From: Pseudorhodoplanes sinuspersici
GTDB taxonomy: Bacteria; Pseudomonadota; Alphaproteobacteria; Rhizobiales; Xanthobacteraceae
DNA: 64,000 nt
Direction of reading: 5' to 3'
NCBI GenBank assembly: GCA_945878025.1
Contig: CAMDXM010000001.1
Location: 2,109-66,108, forward strand
Part shown: in pieces, positions 18,880 to 28,782 of the stretch
Layout: each line of letters begins with the position of its first letter
How positions within the stretch are numbered: position 1 is the stretch's first letter
The notes under the pieces: generated by a model
Database searches by the model: none
The model's input: only the letters and a program-made list of their open reading frames with translations
What the model was told of the DNA's origin: nothing
Position numbers and translations under genes: made by a program

Positions 18880-20153
18880 TGAAAACAGCCTTGCAATCCG
18901 CCGAGGTTGAGCACGCGCCGGCCGAGACGCCGGCGCGCGACGAGCATATCGCGCCCGCACCGCGCGTCTCGATCCAGGCGTTCTGCGAATCCGTGGAGAC
19001 GGCGGCCGCGATCCAGGCCGCCGGCGAAGACCGCCGTTTGGCCAAGGCGCATCTTAAAATCCAGATGGGCGGAATGGCGGCGGCGAGCGAAGCCTATCGC
19101 ACGTCGCCGACCCCGAACGTCATCATTCTCGAATTCGAATCGCGTCCCGCCGATATCCTGGCCGGCCTCGACACGCTCGCAGAAGTCTGCGACGCGGGCA
19201 CACGCGTGATCGTGATCGGACGCCACAACGACGTGGTGCTGTACCGCGAGCTGGTGCGCCGCGGCGTCAGCGATTACCAGATCGCGCCGCTCTCGACGCT
19301 CGACGTCGTGCGCACGATTTGCGGATTGTTTTCGTCGCCGGACGCCAAGCCCGTGGGCCGCATTCTGGCCGTGGTCGGCGCCAAGGGCGGCGTCGGCGCC
19401 TCCACTGTGTCGCACAATATCGCCTGGGCAATCGCGCGCGATCTCAATCTCGATTCGGTCGTGACCGACCTCGATCTGGCTTTCGGCACCGCCGGTCTCG
19501 ATTTCAACCAGGACCCGCCGCAAGGCATCGCAGACGCTGTGTTCTCTCCAGAACGCATCGATACGGCGTTCGTCGACCGGCTGCTGTCGAAATGCTCCGA
19601 TAACCTCAGCCTTCTGGCCGCGCCGGCGACGCTCGAACGGGTCTATGATTTCGGCGACGAGGCGTTCGACTCCATTCTCGATTCCCTGCGCGCGACGGTG
19701 CCGAGCATCGTGCTCGATCTGCCGCATCAATGGAGCGGATGGACCAAGCGCACCTTGCTCGCCGCCGACGATATCCTGATCGTGGCCGCGCCCGACCTCG
19801 CCAATCTGCGCAACGCCAAGAGCATGGTCGACATTCTCAAGGCCGGCCGCGCCAACGATCACCGTCCGTTCTACTTGCTCAACCAGGTTGGCGTGCCGAA
19901 GCGGCCGGAAATCAAGTCGTCCGATTTCGCCAAGGCGCTCGACGACGAACCGATCGCGATCATTCCGTTCGATCCGCAATTGTTCGGAACCGCGGCCAAT
20001 AACGGTCAGATGATCGCCGAGGTCTCGGCGAAGCATCCGACGACGCAGATTTTCAGCCAGCTGGCGCAGCTCCTCACCGGCCGCGCCGAGGTGAAAAAAC
20101 ACAAATCCGGAATCCTGACGCCGCTTCTCCAGAAGCTGCGCAAACAATCGTGA
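18876..20153 (+). CDS. cpaE: Pilus assembly protein CpaE/TadZ (receiver-like plus MinD-like ATPase domain)
   Basis: NDVVLYREL..RGVSDY, GAKGGVGAST, DLDL.FGT; ATGA overlap with cpaD. Confidence 0.92.
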   Translation: MMKTALQSAEVEHAPAETPARDEHIAPAPRVSIQAFCESVETAAAIQAAGEDRRLAKAHLKIQMGGMAAASEAYRTSPTPNVIILEFESRPADILAGLDTLAEVCDAGTRVIVIGRHNDVVLYRELVRRGVSDYQIAPLSTLDVVRTICGLFSSPDAKPVGRILAVVGAKGGVGASTVSHNIAWAIARDLNLDSVVTDLDLAFGTAGLDFNQDPPQGIADAVFSPERIDTAFVDRLLSKCSDNLSLLAAPATLERVYDFGDEAFDSILDSLRATVPSIVLDLPHQWSGWTKRTLLAADDILIVAAPDLANLRNAKSMVDILKAGRANDHRPFYLLNQVGVPKRPEIKSSDFAKALDDEPIAIIPFDPQLFGTAANNGQMIAEVSAKHPTTQIFSQLAQLLTGRAEVKKHKSGILTPLLQKLRKQS

Positions 20154-20171
20154 ACCAAAGAGTTGTAACCA

Positions 20172-21707
20172 GTGTTCGGTAAGCGTTCCCTCTCAAATCC
20201 AGAACCGCGAACGGCCGCAGCCCCGGCGCCGCAGCCCGCGTCCACAGCCGTGGCGCGGCCAGCGCCGCCGCTGTCACAGTCGCATAACGAGTCGGGCCGT
20301 TCGCCCATGCCGGCGTCAGGCCTGGGCGCGCCGTTGATCTCGCCGCCGCTCGTACCGGCAAAGACCGGTCCGGCCGCCTCGCCGATGGTGATGGCGACCG
20401 ATACGCGGCGCTCGGAGACCTATTACGAAGTCAAGGGAACCATTTTCAGCGCCCTGATCGAAGCGATCGATCTCGCACAACTGGCGCGGCTCGACGCCGA
20501 CGCCTCACGCGAGGAAATCCGCGACATCGTCAACGAAATCATCGCGATCAAGAATATCGTGATGTCGATCTCCGAGCAGGAAGAATTGCTCGACGACATC
20601 TGCAACGACGTCCTCGGATACGGACCGCTTGAGCCGCTGCTCAGCCGCGACGACATCGCCGACATCATGGTGAACGGATCGGGCACGGTCTATATCGAAG
20701 TCGCCGGCAAGATTCACAAAACCGGCATCCGGTTCCGCGACAACCAGCAGCTGCTCAATATCTGTCAGCGCATCGTCAGCCAGATCGGCCGCCGTGTCGA
20801 CGAATCCTCACCCATATGCGACGCGCGTTTGCCGGATGGCTCCCGCGTCAACGCCATCGTGCCGCCGCTCGCGATCGACGGGCCCGCGCTCACCATTCGC
20901 AAGTTCAAGAAAGACAAGCTCACGCTCGAGCAATTGGTGAAATACGGCACGGTCTCGCCGGAAGGCGCGCAAATCCTGCAGATCGTCGGCCGCTGCCGCG
21001 TGAACACGGTCGTGTCCGGCGGCACCGGCTCCGGCAAGACCACGCTGCTCAATTGTCTCACCCGCTATATCGACGACGACGAGCGCATCATCACCTGCGA
21101 AGACGCCGCCGAATTGCAGCTGCAGCAGCCGCATGTGGTGCGCCTCGAAACGCGTCCGCCGAATATCGAAGGCGAAGGCCAGGTCACCATGCGCGATCTG
21201 GTCAAGAATTGTCTGCGTATGCGCCCGGAACGGATCATCGTCGGCGAGGTGCGCGGACCGGAGGCATTCGACCTCCTGCAGGCGATGAATACGGGCCATG
21301 ACGGCTCGATGGGCACGCTGCACGCCAATTCGCCGCGCGAAGCTCTTTCCCGCATGGAATCCATGATCACCATGGGCGGCTTCGCGCTGCCGTCGCGCAC
21401 CATTCGCGAAATGATCTGCGCCTCGGTGGATGTGGTCGTGCAGGTCGCCCGTCTGCGCGACGGTTCCCGCCGCATCACGCACATCACCGAAGTGCTGGGC
21501 ATGGAAGGCGACGTCATCATCACCCAGGATCTGTTCGTCTATGAAATGACCGGCGAGGACGCGCAGGGCAACCTGATCGGCCGGCATCGCTCGACCGGCA
21601 TCGGCCGTCCGCGATTCTGGGATCGCGCGCGCTATTACGGCGAGGAGAAGCGGCTCGCCGCCGCGCTCGACGCCGCCGAAACCACCGGCGACGCGCTTCA
21701 GAACTAG
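20172..21707 (+). CDS. cpaF: Pilus assembly ATPase CpaF/TadA
   Basis: [45 protein letters not shown]. Confidence 0.97.
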   Translation: MFGKRSLSNPEPRTAAAPAPQPASTAVARPAPPLSQSHNESGRSPMPASGLGAPLISPPLVPAKTGPAASPMVMATDTRRSETYYEVKGTIFSALIEAIDLAQLARLDADASREEIRDIVNEIIAIKNIVMSISEQEELLDDICNDVLGYGPLEPLLSRDDIADIMVNGSGTVYIEVAGKIHKTGIRFRDNQQLLNICQRIVSQIGRRVDESSPICDARLPDGSRVNAIVPPLAIDGPALTIRKFKKDKLTLEQLVKYGTVSPEGAQILQIVGRCRVNTVVSGGTGSGKTTLLNCLTRYIDDDERIITCEDAAELQLQQPHVVRLETRPPNIEGEGQVTMRDLVKNCLRMRPERIIVGEVRGPEAFDLLQAMNTGHDGSMGTLHANSPREALSRMESMITMGGFALPSRTIREMICASVDVVVQVARLRDGSRRITHITEVLGMEGDVIITQDLFVYEMTGEDAQGNLIGRHRSTGIGRPRFWDRARYYGEEKRLAAALDAAETTGDALQN

Positions 21708-21720
21708 GTCGGGCCGCAAC

Positions 21721-22689
21721 ATGAAAATGCAGACCCTGGCATTGTTCTTCCTCGCGACCATCACGGTCGGCGGCGTCGCCTGGGTGTTCCTTCTCCCCTA
21801 TCTGTCGGGCGAGAAGAACATGGAAAAACGCAAAGCAAGCGTCGCAGCCAAGGAGCCGGTCGCCGTGCGCGTGGCGCGCGGCGCCCAGAAATCGAGGCGC
21901 GAGCAGGTCGAGTCGACGCTCAAGCAGATCGACGTCAAGAACAGCAAGAAAGTGACGCTCGCGATGCGCATCGCGCAAGCCGGGCTCACCTGGTCCAACC
22001 GCCAATTCTACATCATCGCTTCCTGCCTCGGCGCATTCGTATTCGCGGTGGTGATCGGCACTTTTGGATTGCTTCCCGCCATCGGCTTCGGATTTGCCGC
22101 CGCTTTCGGCGTGCCGTTCTGGCTGTTGTCCTATCTCAAGAAGCGGCGCGAGAACAAATTCCTGCACAACTTTCCCGACGCCGTCGACGTCATCACGCGC
22201 GGCATCAAGGCTGGCCTGCCGCTGCTCGACAGCCTGAAAATGATCGCCAGCGAAGGGCAGGAGCCGCTCAAGAGCGAGTTTCGCACCATCATTGAAACCC
22301 AGACCGTCGGCATCCCGCTGGGCGAAGCTTGCGCAAAATTGTTCGAGCGGATGCCGCTGGCGGAAGCTAATTTCTTCGGCATCGTGATTGCAATCCAGCA
22401 GAAGGCCGGCGGCAATCTGTCGGAAGCCCTGGGTAACCTCTCCAAGGTTCTGCGCGACCGCAAGAAGATGAAAGCCAAAATCCAGGCGATGTCGATGGAG
22501 GCCAAGGCTTCGGCCATGATCATCGGCGCATTGCCGCCCGCGGTCATGTTGCTCGTGTACATCACGAGCCCGGATTACATTTCTCTGCTTTGGACCCATC
22601 CGATGGGCCAGATGATGATGGCCGGCTGCGTCATGTGGATGTTCATGGGCTGCATGGTCATGAAGAAAATGATCAATTTCGACTTCTGA
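21721..22689 (+). CDS. tadB: Tad inner-membrane platform protein TadB
   Basis: FPDAVD.I.RG.KAGLP, GGNLSEAL..L..VLRDR. Confidence 0.93.
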   Translation: MKMQTLALFFLATITVGGVAWVFLLPYLSGEKNMEKRKASVAAKEPVAVRVARGAQKSRREQVESTLKQIDVKNSKKVTLAMRIAQAGLTWSNRQFYIIASCLGAFVFAVVIGTFGLLPAIGFGFAAAFGVPFWLLSYLKKRRENKFLHNFPDAVDVITRGIKAGLPLLDSLKMIASEGQEPLKSEFRTIIETQTVGIPLGEACAKLFERMPLAEANFFGIVIAIQQKAGGNLSEALGNLSKVLRDRKKMKAKIQAMSMEAKASAMIIGALPPAVMLLVYITSPDYISLLWTHPMGQMMMAGCVMWMFMGCMVMKKMINFDF

Positions 22690-22698
22690 GCGCGCACC

Positions 22699-23676
22699 AT
22701 GATCGAATTCATCATCAACAGCATGCATAATGGCCGCTTCATGAGCATGCTGTTCGCGGCAATCGCTGCGGGCGCGACCGTGCTGACCCTTGCCATGCCG
22801 TTGCTCGCGGGCGACGCGCTGCCAAAGCGGATGAAATCGGTCGCGCTCGAGCGCGAAAAAATCCGCCAACGCGAACGCGAACGCCTGGCGCGCGGCGAGA
22901 AAGTCGTGCTGCGGGCGTCACCCAAGCAGTATATGCAGCATGCGGTCGAACGCTTCAACCTGAAGAAATGGGTCGGGCAGGAGGAAGCGCGCGCCAAGCT
23001 GACCCAGGCCGGTTACCGCGGCGAAGCGCCCTACATCGCGTACCTGTTTTTCCGCATGATCACGCCGCTGATCACGGTGACCTTCGGCACGATCTATGTG
23101 TTTGTCATTCTCGAAATCGACCAGCCGGCAACGGTCAAGGTCGGGTTCTGCATCTTCGCCGCCTATCTCGGCATGCATATTCCGTTGCTGTTTCTGAAAA
23201 ACAGGATCGCGAAGCGCCAGCTTTCGGTCCGCCGCGCGTTTCCCGACGCGCTCGACCTTTTGCTGATCTGCGTCGAATCCGGCATGTCGATCGAGGCCGC
23301 GTTCAAGCGCGTGAGCGAGGAAATCGGCTCGCAATCGATCGCGCTGGCCGAAGAGCTCACGCTTACCACCGCCGAATTGTCCTATCTGCAGGATCGCCGG
23401 CAGGCCTATGACAACCTTGCCAAGCGTACAGACCTCGAAGGTGTGCGCTCGGTCTGCGTCGCCCTGCAGCAGGCCGAACGCTACGGCACACCGCTCGGAC
23501 AAACCTTGCGTGTGCTGGCGCAGGAAAACCGCGACATGCGCATGGCCGAAGCCGAGAAGAAGGCGGCCGCGTTGCCGCCCAAGCTCACCGTGCCGATGAT
23601 CCTGTTCTTCCTGCCGGTTTTGTTCGTTGTGATTCTTGGACCCGCCGCCATCCGCGTGATGGCGATGCAGCAATAA
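22699..23676 (+). CDS. tadC: Tad inner-membrane platform protein TadC
   Basis: FPDALDLL.ICVESG, QAERYGTP, AEKKAA.LPPKLTVPMI.FFLP. Confidence 0.94.
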   Translation: MIEFIINSMHNGRFMSMLFAAIAAGATVLTLAMPLLAGDALPKRMKSVALEREKIRQRERERLARGEKVVLRASPKQYMQHAVERFNLKKWVGQEEARAKLTQAGYRGEAPYIAYLFFRMITPLITVTFGTIYVFVILEIDQPATVKVGFCIFAAYLGMHIPLLFLKNRIAKRQLSVRRAFPDALDLLLICVESGMSIEAAFKRVSEEIGSQSIALAEELTLTTAELSYLQDRRQAYDNLAKRTDLEGVRSVCVALQQAERYGTPLGQTLRVLAQENRDMRMAEAEKKAAALPPKLTVPMILFFLPVLFVVILGPAAIRVMAMQQ

Positions 23677-23703
23677 AGCGAAAGATCGCCGCGTCGAAAC
23701 CGG

Positions 23704-24513
23704 TCAGGATTCCGCGGCGGCCTGCTTGAATGCGCTCGGCGCGCCTTTGCGACTCTTGCGGCTGCGTTCCTGCTCGATCATCTGCCGCAGATAGGCGACA
23801 TTCGCCGAAGCTTCGTCCGGCGAAAGATCGCCGCGCACGATCGTTTCGGCTTCCGGGAACCGCCCCTGCAATCCGATCACGAGCGCGAGATTCTGCCGCA
23901 CGCGCGGTTCCGCGCCACTCTGTGCGCTCGCCTTGCGCAGGATTTCCTCGGCCTTGGGCAAATTCTTCGACAGCGCGTAGGACAAGCCGAGATTGGAGAG
24001 CACGGACGGCTCATCCGGAATGATCTTCAGCGCGCTCGAATAGTAGCGCCGCGCGTCCTCGTGGCGGCCCATCTGGTCGAGCACCGCGCCCTGCGCGGAG
24101 AGAATGCGCCAGTCCGGCTGGTCGGGCGTGTGAGCGCGGCTCAGCACTTCGAGCGCCTGGTTGAAGGCGCCGGTATCGGCAAGCGCGCGGCCATAGGCGC
24201 CGAGCAGCAAGGTATTCTTCGGATTATGGATCGTCGCTTGTTCGAGCACCGCCGCGGTCTGCGAGCGCTGGCCGGTCGCGCGCAATGCCGCGGCATAGCG
24301 GTAGGCCGCTTCCGCGTCGGCGGGATTCTTGGTGTAGCGTTCCTTCCAGGTCTCGGCTTCCTGCCGCCATTCGCTTTCGGAGCGCTGCGGCTGGCTGATC
24401 GAGCCTGTGGTGTCGGACGAGCCCGTGGTCTTGCATCCGCCCGCCGGCAAGGCGAGCAAGGCGACCAGAGCCGCCGATGTAAGGAGCCGAATTCGCTTGT
24501 GATTCGGGCGCAT
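23704..24513 (-). CDS. tadD: TPR-repeat pilus lipoprotein TadD/CpaO-like
   Basis: Lipobox-like AGGC, TPR helices, NNLG-like SNLGLSYAL, RVRQNLAL; at the end of the tad locus. Confidence 0.82.
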   Translation of the reverse strand: MRPNHKRIRLLTSAALVALLALPAGGCKTTGSSDTTGSISQPQRSESEWRQEAETWKERYTKNPADAEAAYRYAAALRATGQRSQTAAVLEQATIHNPKNTLLLGAYGRALADTGAFNQALEVLSRAHTPDQPDWRILSAQGAVLDQMGRHEDARRYYSSALKIIPDEPSVLSNLGLSYALSKNLPKAEEILRKASAQSGAEPRVRQNLALVIGLQGRFPEAETIVRGDLSPDEASANVAYLRQMIEQERSRKSRKGAPSAFKQAAAES

Positions 24514-24576
24514 GCTGTTGCTCGAACGGGTGGCCGACAGGCCTGCCCATGACGTCCGATCAATAGATTGTTAACC

Positions 24577-24592
24577 CTAACGAGTGGTTAAC
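24577..24592. promoter_or_regulatory. CtrA-like box upstream of tadD
   Basis: CTAA-CGAGTGG-TTAAC, one mismatch to TTAA-N7-TTAAC; extra GTTAAC at 24570. Confidence 0.6.
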
Positions 24593-24688
24593 TGACGGCT
24601 CCGCGCGGAGCGGCGGGAGCGTGAAGATCGCAGGAACCCGTGTTAGGGGAAGCGGCGAAAGCCCCTACGAGAACTTCAAAGAAATCGT

Positions 24689-24724
24689 CCCAAGATCGGC
24701 CCCAAGATCGCCCCCAAGATCGCC
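24689..24724. repeat. Tandem repeat, 3 x 12 bp (CCCAAGATCGSC)
   Basis: cccaagatcggc cccaagatcgcc cccaagatcgcc, ending 12 bp before the pepB ATG. Confidence 0.9.
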
Positions 24725-24736
24725 CCATGAGAGCCC

Positions 24737-26125
24737 ATGCATCCGATATTTGAGCCAGCCGGCAACTCCGCCTCATCCAAGGCCATTCCGATCTGGTTCG
24801 TGACGGCCGCGAGCTGGAACGAGGCCGCCGGTAAACTCGATGCATCGGCGCGCGCCTTTGCCGAAACCTCGGGCTTCCAGCCCAAGCCCGGGTGCTACCT
24901 GGCCTTGCCCGGGTCCGGCGGCGCACTGAACGCCATTCTGTTCGGCCTCGAAAATCCCGATGGTCCGCGCGATCTGTTTCTGCCCGGCAGCCTTGCCGGA
25001 TTGCTGCCGGCCGGTCTTTATCGTTTTGCGAATGCGCCACATGACGCGCGCCTCGCTTGCCTCGCCTTCGCGCTCGGCGCCTATCGCTTCACGCGTTACC
25101 GCAAAGGCGAGGAGCGCAATGTCCGCCTTGTGATGCCGGACGGCGTCGATGCCGAGGATCTCGCCCGTATCGCCGAGGGCGTCGCGCTCGCGCGCGATCT
25201 CGTCAACACGCCGTCGAACGACATGGGACCGCAGGAACTGGAAGACGCCGCCCGCGCGCTGGCGAAACGGTATGGCGCGCAAGCAAGCTGCGTCACCGGA
25301 GACGATCTGCTGAAGGAAAATTTTCCGCTCATCCATGCCGTCGGCCGCGCCTCGTCGCGCGCGCCGCGCCTGATCGATTTGCGCTGGGGCGATGCCAAGC
25401 ATCCAAAAGTGACATTGGTCGGCAAAGGCGTGTGCTTCGACACCGGCGGCCTCGACATCAAGCCCGACAGCGCCATGCTGATCATGAAGAAGGACATGGG
25501 CGGCGCGGCCAATGTGCTGGCGCTCGCGCATATGGTCATGGATCGCAAGCTGAAGGTCTCTTTGCGCGTTCTCATCCCGGCGGTGGAAAATTCGATATCC
25601 GGCTCGGCTTTCCGCCCGCTCGACATCTATCCCTCGCGCAAGGGCATCACGGTCGAGATCGGCAACACCGACGCCGAAGGCCGCCTCGTGCTCGCAGACG
25701 CGCTCGCGCTCGCCGACGAGGAGACGCCCGATCTCCTGATCGATATGGGCACGCTGACAGGCGCCGCGCGCGTCGCGCTCGGGCCGGAATTGCCGCCTTA
25801 CTATACCGACGACGAGACGCTCGCCGCCGACATCGCAAAATGCGCGGCGTCGGAACGCGACCCGCTCTGGCGGCTGCCGTTCTGGGGCCCATACGATTCC
25901 ATGCTCGATTCCAAGATCGCGGACGTGAACAACGTGTCGTCCGGCGGCTTCGCGGGATCGATCACCTGCGCGCTGTTTCTCAGGCGCTTCGTGAGCAAGG
26001 CGAAGGCCTTCGCGCATTTCGACATCTACGCCTGGACGCCGTCGGCAAAGCCGGCGCGTCCCGAAGGCGGCGAGTGCCAGGCAGCGCGCGCTCTCTATGC
26101 GCTGCTGAAAGCGCGTTACGGCTGA
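24737..26125 (+). CDS. M17 leucyl aminopeptidase family (PepB-like)
   Basis: GKGVCFDTGGLDIK, MKKDMGGAA, NTDAEGRL. Confidence 0.95.
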   Translation: MHPIFEPAGNSASSKAIPIWFVTAASWNEAAGKLDASARAFAETSGFQPKPGCYLALPGSGGALNAILFGLENPDGPRDLFLPGSLAGLLPAGLYRFANAPHDARLACLAFALGAYRFTRYRKGEERNVRLVMPDGVDAEDLARIAEGVALARDLVNTPSNDMGPQELEDAARALAKRYGAQASCVTGDDLLKENFPLIHAVGRASSRAPRLIDLRWGDAKHPKVTLVGKGVCFDTGGLDIKPDSAMLIMKKDMGGAANVLALAHMVMDRKLKVSLRVLIPAVENSISGSAFRPLDIYPSRKGITVEIGNTDAEGRLVLADALALADEETPDLLIDMGTLTGAARVALGPELPPYYTDDETLAADIAKCAASERDPLWRLPFWGPYDSMLDSKIADVNNVSSGGFAGSITCALFLRRFVSKAKAFAHFDIYAWTPSAKPARPEGGECQAARALYALLKARYG

Positions 26126-26129
26126 CCCT

Positions 26130-27005
26130 GTGGCATCCTTCGACCCAAGATTCGACCCGAGACTGACACCGGCGCGGCCCGATCTCGCGGCGAAATCGCT
26201 CGAAGGCAAAGTGGCCGCCGCGCGCTTCGTCGAGGGAATAGTTCGCGAAGTGATCGACGCGCAGACGCCTGTTCGCCGCAATCCGTCGCACGAGGCGCCG
26301 CTCGACACCGAGGCGCTCAAGGGCGAGCGCGTCACCGTTTATGAGACGACCGGCGAAGGCTGGTGCTGGGGACAGCTGGAATCGGACGGCTATGTCGGCT
26401 GGCTGCCGGCCAACGCACTCGCGGCTCCCGGCCCGCTCCCGACGCACAAGGTGTCGGCCCTGCGCACGCTGGTGTTTCCCTCCGCCGACATCAAGCAGCA
26501 GCCGGTGGAATCGCTAGCCCTTGGCGCGCGGCTTGCGATCGCACGCATCGACGAGCGTTTTGCGGTCACAACACAGGGCGGACATATTCCGGCGCGGCAT
26601 GTTTCAAGGATCGATTCTTATGAAAGCGATTTCGTATCGGTCGCCGAGAAATTCCTCGGCACGCCCTATCTGTGGGGCGGCAAGACCGGTTTCGGGCTCG
26701 ATTGCTCAGGCCTCGTGCAGGTGTCGCTCGATGCCTGCGGCATTGCGTGTTTGCGCGACAGCGACATGCAGGAACGCAATGCCGGCGCGCGGATCGATGC
26801 CGGTTCGGCGCTTGAAAATCTGCAACGCGGCGATCTGATCTTCTGGAAAGGCCATGTCGCCATCGCGCGCGACAATTCAACGATCATTCACGCCAACGCA
26901 TTTCACATGGCGGCGGCGATCGAGCGCGCAGCGGAAGCCGTGGCGCGCATCAGCGCCGCTGGGTCGGAAGTTACCAGCGTCAGGCGCGTGTCCGCCTCAA
27001 CATGA
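26130..27005 (+). CDS. SH3b + NlpC/P60 (C40) peptidase
   Basis: DGYVGW SH3b motif, PYLWGG, DCSGLVQ, GHV, HAN; no signal peptide. Confidence 0.92.
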   Translation: MASFDPRFDPRLTPARPDLAAKSLEGKVAAARFVEGIVREVIDAQTPVRRNPSHEAPLDTEALKGERVTVYETTGEGWCWGQLESDGYVGWLPANALAAPGPLPTHKVSALRTLVFPSADIKQQPVESLALGARLAIARIDERFAVTTQGGHIPARHVSRIDSYESDFVSVAEKFLGTPYLWGGKTGFGLDCSGLVQVSLDACGIACLRDSDMQERNAGARIDAGSALENLQRGDLIFWKGHVAIARDNSTIIHANAFHMAAAIERAAEAVARISAAGSEVTSVRRVSAST

Positions 27006-27677
27006 TGGCTTGCCGCAGCGGCGCATCGACTGGATCATGTATTGCAGGCTGTTGCGGCCGGGATGGCCGAGAATGGCGATATCGCCGATCACATAGGCCG
27101 GCGTCGCCATCAGGCCGAGCTGATTGCCAAGCCGCACATGCGTCTTCATCGTCTCGGTGACGGTGTCGTCGTCGGCCAGACCCAGAATCTTCTGCTCATC
27201 CAGCTTGAGATCGCGCACGACCGCGAGCGCGCGCTGGCCATCGATCACGCCGCGATTTTCGTAGATTTTCCGGTGAAACGAATAAAATTGCTCGGCGCTC
27301 GCGATTTTTGCAACCGCAAGCTCGACGCGGCCGGCGAGGATCGATTGCACGCCAAGCACGGGAAACGGCACCAGCACGAGCTTCAGCTTCTTGTCCGCCG
27401 CCAGCATGGCGTCCAGATCGGCGGACGCGCTGCGGCAATAGGGGCAGTTGAGATCGTAGAATTCGACCAGCGTGACGTCGCCCTTCGGATTGCCCGCGAC
27501 GACTGCGCCCGGCAATTTTTCCGCCGCGCCCTTGAGTTCGGCAGCGATCCGGTGATTGGCGATCGGCCTACCGTCATCCGCCATGATCTGGACCGCAGGC
27601 GCGGCGCGCTGCTGCGCGGCAGCGAGCGCCGGGAACAAGGCGAGGAACGCGAGAAGAACGAGTGTTCTGTTTTGCAT
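26997..27677 (-). CDS. DsbA family thioredoxin-fold protein
   Basis: Signal peptide, EFYDLNCPYC, cis-Pro ATP; start 27677 or 27689. Confidence 0.88.
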   Translation of the reverse strand: MQNRTLVLLAFLALFPALAAAQQRAAPAVQIMADDGRPIANHRIAAELKGAAEKLPGAVVAGNPKGDVTLVEFYDLNCPYCRSASADLDAMLAADKKLKLVLVPFPVLGVQSILAGRVELAVAKIASAEQFYSFHRKIYENRGVIDGQRALAVVRDLKLDEQKILGLADDDTVTETMKTHVRLGNQLGLMATPAYVIGDIAILGHPGRNSLQYMIQSMRRCGKPSC

Positions 27678-27740
27678 GCGGATGTTCATGCGGGATATCG
27701 CGGCAAATAGGGAATCAATAAAGTGTGAGGCCTTTTGTTT

Positions 27741-27813
27741 GTCGCGCAATCTTTCGGCGAACCGGCGCCCATCCCGGATCAAGTCCGGGACAAGCTTTCG
27801 CCGGATTGCGCTC
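27741..27813. repeat. Palindromic repeat family E, copy 1
   Basis: GCGCAATC/GATTGCGC termini around a TCCCGGAtcaagTCCGGGA core; near-identical to 40940-41012; abuts the ghrA stop. Confidence 0.85.
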
Positions 27814-28766
27814 TAATATCCGCGCTGGCGGCTCACGAGATGATCGAGCGGCTCGCCATTCTCGAAGCGCCCGATCTGCCGGCCGATATCGGCGACGATC
27901 GCCTGCGGCGAGATATCGCCCGCATTGTGCGGCGTGATGGTGACCCTGGGATGCGTCCAGAACGGACTATCCGGCGGCAGCGGCTCCTGTGGAAAGACGT
28001 CGAGGGCCGCGCCCGCAAGCGAGCCTTCATCGAGCGCGGCGAGGATATCGGCGTCGGTCTGCAACTTGCCGCGGCCGGCATTGATCAGGAATGCGCCGCC
28101 CGCCGCGCCGTCGCGCCTGAGTTTGCGCAATAGCGCCAGATTGAGAATGCCATCTGTTGAGGGTGTCGACGGCAGCAGGACGATGAGGATTTCGGTCTTG
28201 CCAAGAAACGCATCGAGACTGGCCGGCCCGGCAAATGTCTCGATGCCGGGAATCTCCTTCGGCGAAGCGCTCCAGCCCACAACCTTGAAGCCGACGCGCG
28301 CAAGCGTGTTCGCAGCATGCGCGCCGATGACGCCGAGGCCCATGACGCCCACGGTCACCTCGCTCGCCGCCGATTGATCGTGACCTTTCCAGACGCGCTC
28401 GCGCTGCTGCGCGTCATAGAGCCGCTGGCGGCGGTGGATCATCAGCGCATGCAGCACGCAATATTCGGTCACGCGCATGCTGAGATCCGGATTGGCCGCG
28501 CGCGCCAGCGGCACATTGGGCAAAGCCGGATCGGCGAGCACGTAATCAACGCCCGCGCCAAGATTGAAAATGACTTTCAGGTCAGGGAATCGCGCCAGCA
28601 ATCCGTGCGGCGCGCGCCAGACGCAGGCATAGGCGATGTCCGCCGTATCGCCGATCTGATCGGGCCACAGCCGGATCTCGCGTCCGGCGAAATGCTCAAG
28701 GAACATCCGGTGATAATCGGCGGCCTGCGGACCGTCGACCGCGAGAAGAATAGCGCCCCTGGGCAT
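27813..28766 (-). CDS. ghrA: Glyoxylate/hydroxypyruvate reductase A (D-2-hydroxyacid dehydrogenase)
   Basis: GAGVD, GVMGLGVIG, LIN.GRG, LDVFPQEPL, ITPHNA. Confidence 0.88.
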   Translation of the reverse strand: MPRGAILLAVDGPQAADYHRMFLEHFAGREIRLWPDQIGDTADIAYACVWRAPHGLLARFPDLKVIFNLGAGVDYVLADPALPNVPLARAANPDLSMRVTEYCVLHALMIHRRQRLYDAQQRERVWKGHDQSAASEVTVGVMGLGVIGAHAANTLARVGFKVVGWSASPKEIPGIETFAGPASLDAFLGKTEILIVLLPSTPSTDGILNLALLRKLRRDGAAGGAFLINAGRGKLQTDADILAALDEGSLAGAALDVFPQEPLPPDSPFWTHPRVTITPHNAGDISPQAIVADIGRQIGRFENGEPLDHLVSRQRGY

Positions 28767-28782
28767 GACGATTGCGCTTCAA

